Source: Halomicronema hongdechloris C2206 (GTDB taxonomy: Bacteria; Cyanobacteriota; Cyanobacteriia; Phormidesmidales; Phormidesmidaceae). Taken from it: a stretch of DNA of 32,000 nucleotides. The translations under genes and the position numbers were made by a program. The first letter of the stretch is position 1, and each line of letters starts with the position of its first letter. Location: positions 3,240,001-3,272,000 of the forward strand of contig NZ_CP021983.2 in assembly GCF_002075285.3 (NCBI RefSeq). Reading direction: 5' to 3'. Shown here in pieces: positions 21,296 through 28,259 of this stretch. A model generated the notes under the pieces. The model was not told where the DNA came from. It saw only the letters and a list, made by a program, of their open reading frames with translations, and made no database searches.

Positions 21296-21435
21296 TTGTC
21301 ATGCCAATAGTGACTGTCAGGAGCGTCAGGCTTGAGAATTAACTACTAACCGAAATCAAAAGCTGGGGTCAGCCCCTTAGGATAGCTGCAGAGTATTGGT
21401 TCTACAGCTACCCGTTTGTCAGCTCCGAGTGAGAT

Positions 21436-22716
21436 TCAGCTTTTGGGTTCAAACACCTCAACGGTGACAATCTCCCCATCTTGAATAACCCAATGGGCAA
21501 AGGTGCCGCCAACATCGCCATTGTCGTCGAACTCAAGGGCTCCTGAGGCTCCTTCATAGTCGATGTCTTCCCCATCGGCCAAGGCGTCAACAGCAACGGC
21601 CCAATCCCCAGGCCCCACCTTGGTGCCAGGAGCATTGGCGACCTCCCGCAAGGCATCCCGGATGGCGGCACCATCCGTATTCCCCGCCTTCTGAATGGCT
21701 AGGGCCAGTAGCATAGTGGCATCGTAAGCGGTATCGATATAGGGTTTAGGCGGTAGTTCGCCGTAGGCGGCTTCGTAGGCACTGACAAAGGTCTGATAGG
21801 CATCACTGTCCGTCAGTGCTTGGGGGGCTGTACCAAAGGCCCCTTCTAGGGTCTCTGCACCAATGGCATCAATGACTTCTGGAGCTTTCATGCCATCGGT
21901 GAAGACGAAGCTATCGAAGAAACCTTCTTCCAGAGCCTGCTTTAAGATGGTGATCCCATTTTCGGGATAGCCAATCAATGTCAAGGCCGTCGCATCTCCC
22001 TGGGCTAATTGCTGTAGTTCTCCTCGATAGGACGCCTGGGCCTGCTCGTAGGGAACCATGCCAGTGATCGTTCCCCCTTGAGCTTCGAAGGCTGCCTTGA
22101 AGCTTTCGGCTAGTCCCTGGCCGTAGTCGTTGTTGATATAAATGACAGCCAGTTGCTCTAGTTCTTGTTCTCGGGCTATCTGAGCCAAGGCTACTCCTTG
22201 AAAGGCATCAGAAGGAACCGTACGGAACAAGAAATCGTTGTCATTGAGTCCAGTGATCACTGGGGAGGTGGAGGCGCTGGAGATTTGGGGGATGGTGTTC
22301 TTGCTGGTAATGCTTTCAGCCACCGGAATGGTATTACCGCTGGAGAGGGCACCAATTATGGCCACGACACCTTCTAGGGAAATCAATTTCTGGGCGGCAT
22401 CGATACTAGGCTGGGCCGCTGTTTGAGTATCCCCCACATTGACCGCCAAGGTCTTGCCCAGCACTCCGCCGTCGGCGTTAATGTCGTCGACGGCCATGTT
22501 GATACCATTCAGGGAGGTCTCGCCAAAGGCTTGCAGATCTCCCGTCATGGGTAATAGGGCCCCCAAGTCGACAGTTTCTCTAGAGGCAGATTCAGTCGTT
22601 GCCTCGGTATCTTCAGTGGTCTGCTGGGTGCCACCACAGGCAGCCACCAGGACTGTCATGGCGACGGTCGCCCCGAATTGACGCCAGCGATAATGCCAAG
22701 AATGAGTCGCAACCAT
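21436..22716 (-). CDS. Periplasmic amino-acid-binding lipoprotein (LivJ/NatB-like, PBP type 1)
   Basis: Lipobox 'LVAACGG', followed by 'LGALLPMTGDLQAFG...INADGGVLGK...VAIIGALSSG', typical of Leu/Ile/Val-binding family proteins. Confidence 0.85.
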   Translation of the reverse strand: MVATHSWHYRWRQFGATVAMTVLVAACGGTQQTTEDTEATTESASRETVDLGALLPMTGDLQAFGETSLNGINMAVDDINADGGVLGKTLAVNVGDTQTAAQPSIDAAQKLISLEGVVAIIGALSSGNTIPVAESITSKNTIPQISSASTSPVITGLNDNDFLFRTVPSDAFQGVALAQIAREQELEQLAVIYINNDYGQGLAESFKAAFEAQGGTITGMVPYEQAQASYRGELQQLAQGDATALTLIGYPENGITILKQALEEGFFDSFVFTDGMKAPEVIDAIGAETLEGAFGTAPQALTDSDAYQTFVSAYEAAYGELPPKPYIDTAYDATMLLALAIQKAGNTDGAAIRDALREVANAPGTKVGPGDWAVAVDALADGEDIDYEGASGALEFDDNGDVGGTFAHWVIQDGEIVTVEVFEPKS

Positions 22717-22927
22717 AGTGTCGTCCTCCGTAACGGGTCAGCTGCAGGCAGGTGTTCTCCATCTTCTACAGCACATCTTGAGACGCTCATGGGCAAAGTC
22801 TCCTGAGGAGCCTGCTGAGCCGGGTCTACCAGGAATCTAGACAATCTTTTATGAGAGTTTACCGTGTCTCGAAAGCTTTATAGCCACCGCCACCATGCTG
22901 GGTGCGGTGGCGACTCCCTAGACTGGG

Positions 22928-22973
22928 CCATCGAGCGATCAGCTCTGTGCTAAGCTGACTGGCCAACGCTATA
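22928..22973 (+). repeat. 46-nt intergenic repeat, copy 2
   Basis: See copy 1 (6580-6625). It sits in the divergent promoter region between the binding-protein gene and livG. Confidence 0.85.
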
Positions 22974-23391
22974 CTGTGATGGATTTCTCTCCAGGATATG
23001 GCCCGTTGTAGATGGTTGACCGCCAGGCTAGGATTTCGCGGAGACGTTTGATGTCGGCATTAGCTCATCAATGCCTCACAGCTGAAACTCATCTCATCAC
23101 GGGCAATCAGGATTGCTTGGAACTCAAGCCATTCAGAAGTGGGGGTATGCAATACCTCTTACGGTCTTTGGCTGAACTGATGGCCTGAAGGCTGGTAGTG
23201 CGCCATAGATAAAGAGCACGGCAAACCAGGTTTTGGCTTGCCGGCATTTCTACCGTTAAGATTATTGAAAGCGTGGCTCAACGGCAGCTGAGTTGCCTGG
23301 CTCCCTGAATTTGCTCTAGATGGGCTATCGAGCAGAGGGTGGGGCGAGGCAGTGGGGTATTGTTTGATGTTTACTGAGTTCTTGTTGACGA

Positions 23392-24171
23392 TTGCTACAC
23401 CTTGAAGGAGTGTCGAAGACGTTTGCTGGATTTCGAGCGGTAGACAACTGCTCGTTCCAGATTGAGGCCGGTAAAATCACGGGGTTGATCGGCCCAAATG
23501 GGGCTGGCAAGACAACGCTGTTTAATATGGTGGCGGGGGTCTTAAAACCCAGTCAGGGACATATTGTGTTGGATGGTCGGAACGTGACCGGGATGGCTCC
23601 CCATCAGCTGTTTCGCTTGGGGTTAGTGAGAACGTTTCAAATTCCCCGGGAATTCGGCCGGATGACGGTCTTAGAGAACTTAATGGTGGTACCCCCCTGC
23701 CAGTTGGGTGAAAACCTCTGGATGTCTTGGTTTCGCTGGCAACGGGTGTTAAGACAGGAGCGGCAGATCCGGCATAAGGCCGAAGAAGTGCTGGGTTGGG
23801 TCAATCTGCTGCATGTGCGCGATGAATTGGCTCAAAATCTGTCGGGAGGCCAGAAGAAACTGCTGGAGTTGGGACGGACGTTGATGATCGAGCCCAAGGT
23901 AATCTTGCTGGATGAGCCTGGGGCTGGCGTCAATCGCACGCTACTGCGACAGCTGACTGACATTATCGTGCGGTTGAATCAGGAGTGGGGCTGTACGATT
24001 TGCCTGATCGATCACGACTTGGAGTTAGTGGATCACCTCTGCCATCATGTGGTCGTGATGGCCCAGGGAACGGTAATGGCGGCGGGAACGATGGCGGAGA
24101 TGCGGCAAAATCCTCAAGTCCAAGACGCCTATTTGGGAAATGTGCATCCGGCGAGGACGCTGTCGTCATGA
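23392..24171 (+). CDS. livG: ABC transporter ATP-binding protein (LivG/NatA type)
   Basis: Walker A 'GPNGAGKTT', signature 'LSGGQKKLLELGR', Walker B 'ILLDEPGAG'. TTG start. Confidence 0.85.
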   Translation: MLHLEGVSKTFAGFRAVDNCSFQIEAGKITGLIGPNGAGKTTLFNMVAGVLKPSQGHIVLDGRNVTGMAPHQLFRLGLVRTFQIPREFGRMTVLENLMVVPPCQLGENLWMSWFRWQRVLRQERQIRHKAEEVLGWVNLLHVRDELAQNLSGGQKKLLELGRTLMIEPKVILLDEPGAGVNRTLLRQLTDIIVRLNQEWGCTICLIDHDLELVDHLCHHVVVMAQGTVMAAGTMAEMRQNPQVQDAYLGNVHPARTLSS

Positions 24172-24869
24172 GTCTGGTTTTGAACAACGTGCACAGTGGC
24201 TATGGTGGGGTCGATATCCTCAAGGGAGTGAACTTGAGGGTGGCGCCGGGAGAAATAGTGGTCATCATTGGCCCTAACGGGGCTGGCAAGTCGACAGTGT
24301 TGAAGTCATTGTTCGGCTTGGCGACTGTGCGGCAGGGCAAAATTTTCTTCCAGGGCCAAGAGATTACCCGACTGCGATGCGATCGCATGGTGCGACGCGG
24401 CATCTGTTATGTTCCCCAAACCAACAACGTGTTTGCCTCCCTCTCCGTACAAGAAAACCTAGAGATGGGTGCCTTCGTCCGTGACGATGACTATCGTCCC
24501 CAATTAGAGCAGGTTTACGAGCTATTTCCCCCCCTGCGAAAAAAGCATCAGCAACCAGCCGGAACCCTATCTGGGGGCCAACGGCAAATGGTAGCCATGG
24601 GGCGTGCCCTCATGGTGCAGCCCCAGCTACTGCTACTCGATGAGCCCACCGCCGGACTGTCTCCCCTATTTGTCCAGCAAATCTTCGACATCATCGGCAC
24701 CATCAACCAACTGGGCGTCAGTCTGCTGATAGTCGAGCAAAATGCCAAGCAAGCGCTACAGATGGCAGATCGCGGCTACGTCCTCACCATGGGCCAAAAC
24801 CGCTACGAAGATACCGGCCAAAACCTGCTGAATAACCCTCAAATTGCCGATATGTTTCTGGGCGGATAA
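24168..24869 (+). CDS. livF: ABC transporter ATP-binding protein (LivF/NatE type)
   Basis: The ATG at 24168 overlaps the livG stop (ATGA). Walker A 'GPNGAGKST', signature 'LSGGQRQMVAMGR', Walker B 'LLLDEPTAG'. Confidence 0.9.
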   Translation: MSLVLNNVHSGYGGVDILKGVNLRVAPGEIVVIIGPNGAGKSTVLKSLFGLATVRQGKIFFQGQEITRLRCDRMVRRGICYVPQTNNVFASLSVQENLEMGAFVRDDDYRPQLEQVYELFPPLRKKHQQPAGTLSGGQRQMVAMGRALMVQPQLLLLDEPTAGLSPLFVQQIFDIIGTINQLGVSLLIVEQNAKQALQMADRGYVLTMGQNRYEDTGQNLLNNPQIADMFLGG

Positions 24870-25000
24870 CGGTGAAAGCCAGCGGCTAGGGTAAAGGAAT
24901 GGTTCAGTAACATTAGCAAGATCTATCTGTTGTCTGCGAGTTTCCTCATTTGCAGTGCCTCACTAACCCTGCATTGTTAGTTCACCATCCCCTTCCCATC

Positions 25001-25034
25001 TCACCGGACATTCGGTTTTCCCGAGTCCGGCGAT
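25001..25034 (-). ncRNA. Group II intron domain V
   Basis: The 34-nt AUCGCCGGACUCGGGAAAACCGAAUGUCCGGUGA folds into a 9-bp lower helix with a G.U wobble in the triad position (CGC), a 2-nt bulge (AU), a 4-bp upper helix and a purine-rich GAAAA loop. Confidence 0.6.
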
Positions 25035-25044
25035 CCGACAGTCT

Positions 25045-25973
25045 TCATCGCAGAGCATTCACAGTCCGATTTTCGTACTTGATGAGTCCACTAGCAATGT
25101 AGATCATTCCCATTGCATAGAGTTTCCAGTCTGGATAGCGGTCCCATCCAAAGCCTCGACGTTTGCTTCGGTAACTCAAGTATCGACGAAACCGGGTATT
25201 GATAAAGTGTTGCAATCGACGAAACGCCTGACTTGCACTGGTGTGTCGGTAATAATTGACCCATCCTCGTACCATCAGGCTAATCCGCTGCAACCACTCG
25301 TTTGGCGAAATCGGTGCTCGTCGGCTGGTAATCTGCCGAATTTTCTGCCGAATTCGCTGTTGAGCCGTTTGGCTGGGCTGAATATAGATCGTTGGCTTGC
25401 CGCTGCGCCCACTGCGTCGCTTCACAAAATGGAACCCGATGAAATCAAACCCATCGGCTAATCTTGTAATCCGGGTTTTCTCCCGGTTCAAGCTCAGTTC
25501 CATCCGTTGGGCAATCGCCTCGAACGCTTGTAACGCTTGTTGTGCGTTCCCTCGGCAAACCAGAATCACATCATCGGCATACCGGTGCATCGTCGCGCCT
25601 AACTGCTGAGGATACCCTCGCGATTGCCAGACCCGATCCAGCAAATTCAGGTAGATGTTGCTGTAGAGGGGGGCAATTGGCGAACCTTGTGGCACACCTA
25701 CCCTCGTTGGCTCAATCTTACCTGCATATGCCACACCCACTTTCAGGCTTTGCTTGATCAGCTTCAGCATACTCCCATCCACCACTCGCTCCTGGATTAA
25801 CACCAGCAGCTTGTCGTGTGGAATGCTTGTAAAGTACCTTTTCAAGTCGATTTCCACCACGCCCCATGCTCCCCGATACAGGTCGTCTCGGATGGCAAGC
25901 GATGCCATCTTCGCATCCCGTTTCGGGCGATACCCATAGGAACACTCCTGAAAATCTGCCTCAAAGATTGGCT
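25045..25973 (-). pseudogene. Group II intron reverse transcriptase/maturase, C-terminal fragment
   Basis: 'PIFEADFQECSYGYRPKRDAK-MASLAIRDDL..', RT motif 'RYADDVILVC', and maturase X domain 'RGWVNYYRHT'. It is truncated at its 5' side by the IS. Confidence 0.85.
25966..25973. repeat. Target-site duplication GATTGGCT (left copy)
   Basis: An identical 8-mer directly flanks both ends of the IS. Removing the IS and one copy restores '..KLVLEPIFEADFQ..' in the intron ORF. Confidence 0.85.
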
Positions 25974-26000
25974 GGCTCTGCAGGAATGAGTATGCTGGTG
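25974..26000 (+). repeat. IS left terminal inverted repeat
   Basis: 19/27 matches to the reverse complement of 27229-27255. It starts with GGCTCT, as recalled for ISL3-family ends. Confidence 0.75.
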
Positions 26001-26006
26001 TAGTAG

Positions 26007-27239
26007 ATGCTATACCGTATCGCTATGGTACCTCTCTTGAGTGAACTCTTGGGGTTGTCTGGCATTGATGTGGAGTCATACCAGGAGAGCGAGGATGGCT
26101 TGATTCTGGAGGTAGAAGCGCACAGGGACACAGCAATCTGTCCTCGCTGCGGGACTTTGAGCCACCACCTCCATCAGAATCATGGCTACCTGGTGCGTGA
26201 CCTACCCATCAGCCATTACCGGAAGACCTGGTTACGGGTGAATCGCCGCCAGTTTAAGTGTTCGACCTGCGGTAAACCCTTCAGCGAGGAGCTGGAGTTT
26301 GTCGGCGCGCGTCGGGTGTACACGGACCGGTATGCCGAGGTGGTGGTGAGTGAGGTGATTCATAGTAATACGGCTAATGTGGCGCGACAGCACGGGTTGA
26401 GCGAAGATATCGTCTGGTCCATGGTGGAGTATGTCAGCGAAAAAAAGTCTGTATTGACTTGAGTGGATTGCGGCGGTTGGGCATCGACGAAATCGCGCTA
26501 CGTAAAGGTCACAAGGACTTTGCTGTGGTCTTGAGTGACCTCGATACTCACAGGCTGATTGGGATGGCTCCAGCGCGGACTCATGCGGCGATTGAAGCCG
26601 TGCTCAACACCTGGGGTGCCGAAGTGCTCTCAAACATTGAAGAAGTCAGCATGGATCTCTCCGGCAATTACCGGGGCTTAGTGCATCGCCTGATGCCTCA
26701 AGCCGAGATTGTGGCCGACCGTTTCCATGTCATGAGTCTGGTCAATCAGGAATTGAATCAAGCCCGTAACGCCCTCCGGCGGACACCCGAGGCTTTAGCC
26801 GAGGGCGTCACTCCTGAGGCGGCTAAAGCAGCGCTCAAATCCAGTAAGTATGCCCTCCTCAAGCCAGAAGCCCATCTCACCAAGACCCAGCAGGACAAGC
26901 TCGTTGAGGTCAAAGCTGTTTCGCCGAAACTCGCCTTGATGCATCAGACCAAAGAAGCCTTTAGGACTCGATTTGAGGCTCAGTCTTGGGCTCAAGCCCT
27001 GCCGGGTTTCCTGGGCTGGATGGGAACCGCGCAATCCCTCTACCCCGAGGCTGTGGCAACGATGAAGCGATGGTTTGGCGAAATCCTCCAGTACTTTGAA
27101 CACCGCACCACAAGCGGTGTCGTCGAAGGCATCAATACTCGCCTAAAGTTGATCAAGCGCTCTGGACGGGTTCACCAACTTTGAGCGATTTCGGCTCCGC
27201 TGCCTCATCTGCTGGCATTTTTCTCCTGCTGCTGCATAA
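26007..27239 (+). pseudogene. ISL3-family transposase split into three frame segments
   Basis: Segment 1 (26007-26447) has zinc-finger CxxC pairs 'CPRCG..CSTCG'. Segment 2 (-1 frame, to about 27167) has 'LGIDEIALRKGHKDF...ADRFHV' of the DDE domain. Segment 3 (+1 frame, 27168-27239) reads 'GFTNFERFRLRCL', the conserved ISL3 C-terminus. Confidence 0.8.
26441..26447 (+). other. A AAA AAG heptamer in the zero frame at the ORF1/ORF2 junction of the transposase
   Basis: The zero-frame codons are gaA AAA AAG. A -1 slip gives '..SEKK-VCIDLSGLRRLGIDEIALRKGH', a continuous, sensible ISL3 sequence. Confidence 0.5.
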
Positions 27240-27255
27240 TTATCCCAGGAGAGCC
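27229..27255 (-). repeat. IS right terminal inverted repeat
   Basis: See the left IR. Confidence 0.75.
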
Positions 27256-27263
27256 GATTGGCT
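27256..27263. repeat. Target-site duplication GATTGGCT (right copy)
   Basis: See the left copy. Confidence 0.85.
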
Positions 27264-27645
27264 CTAATACCAACTTCATTGCTGTCTGCACAATCCGGTC
27301 TTTTACCGTCGCAATCCCTAAGGGACGCGTGCCTCCTTGCGGCTTCGGGATGTCCACCCGTCGTACCGCATCAAAGTGATAGGTTTGTTTCCGTAATTGC
27401 GCTTGCAATTGTTGGATCAATGTCACCGCCTGTCCATTCTCTTCAATCTCGCGAATCGAAACGCCATCGATCCCAGGTGCGCCCTGATTTAGCCTGACTT
27501 GTCGCCACGCTTCCCACAGCACATCTTCTCGACAGAGCTTGTCATATAGACTGTAGAATTTTGTTTGCGGCTCCTGCTTAGCTTTGCGATATAAGCTCCT
27601 CTGGAGTTGTCGAACTTTTTCTGTTTCGTTGGTAGCCATTGGCAA
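27256..27645 (-). pseudogene. Group II intron reverse transcriptase/maturase, N-terminal fragment (130 codons)
   Basis: 'MATNETEKVRQLQRSLYRKAKQEP..LWEAWRQVRLNQGAPGIDGVSI..RRVDIPKPQGGTRPLGIATVKDRIVQTAMKLVLEPI' covers RT domains 0-2. The authentic sequence stops exactly at the IS junction. The likely start is the ATG at 27639. Confidence 0.85.
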
Positions 27646-28259
27646 TCAAAACATCCTCAACTCGTTTGGATACTGTTAACTGAAGTCAGGTTCCTTCCCT
27701 CCGATGGGGTTATGTTGTCCCACATCCTCAAGCAGTACTACGAACCTGGCGGACTTCTCCATCTACCAGCTCTGATTTCGGAGTTCCCTTATACAGACCT
27801 GTTGTTCGTCGCGACCGAACATAGATAGAGATCTCCCGACCTGGAACGACCAACTTTTCCAACGTGCCACCTCCACTACCCCGATGGGGGAAGGTTGGTC
27901 AAATGTTCGTTGAATCCCTTCCTTCTTGCAGCATTCCCGGTCTGCCGACCCGGTCTGCTCCCACAACTTTAGGTTTGACGAGGCTGATTTGAGTTCACTT
28001 TCGTTGCGGCCCGTTGGTTTGCCGCTGCTCACTTAAGCCCAGGAATCACTCCCTCAACTCGTTCGCGAAGCGTGCCGGAGGCATACATTGGCTAGACCCT
28101 TGAACGAACAATTAGGGTCAGGGGACTTTCACCCCATTAGTGTGTCGCCTGTATCGGCATGCCGGCAGATAACTTTGGTATCCTACCGATAACCTTTGTT
28201 CCGTCCGCACCAACGAGTTGTTATGCTGCGCTGACCTACCTGACGACATGGCTTTAAGA

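Larger units (their letters stand above)
25974..27255 (+). mobile_element. ISL3-family insertion sequence (1282 bp)
   Basis: Terminal inverted repeats GGCTCTGCAGGAATGAGTATGC.. (25974-) and GGCTCTCCTGGGATAATTATGC.. (rc of -27255) match at 17 of the first 22 positions. There is an 8-bp TSD and an ISL3-type transposase inside. Confidence 0.85.
24955..28210 (-). mobile_element. Group II intron (about 1.97 kb without the nested IS), disrupted
   Basis: On the minus strand the 5' end reads GUGCGGACGG (rc of 28201-28210). Structured domain I-III RNA follows (for example GGGGUGAAAGUCCCC). The RT/maturase ORF lies in domain IV. Domain V begins 10 nt after the ORF stop, followed by a putative domain VI hairpin. 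The 3' boundary is approximate (+/- 15 nt). Confidence 0.75.

Noticed and set aside
22860-23400. NtcA-type (GTA-N8-TAC) or other known operator upstream of the transporter genes
   Set aside because: Only near-misses were seen, for example GTAGTGCGCCATAG. None has the exact spacing together with a properly placed -10 box.
23985-24167. N-terminal extension of the livF ORF in the track (start at 23985)
   Set aside because: It overlaps the livG 3' end in another frame and is Gly/Arg/Pro-rich. The ATGA-coupled ATG at 24168 gives the canonical ABC ATPase N-terminus.
27763-28032. 89-aa minus-strand ORF and 73-aa plus-strand ORF (27607-27828) upstream of the RT start
   Set aside because: They lie within domains I-III of the group II intron RNA, which is structured non-coding sequence.
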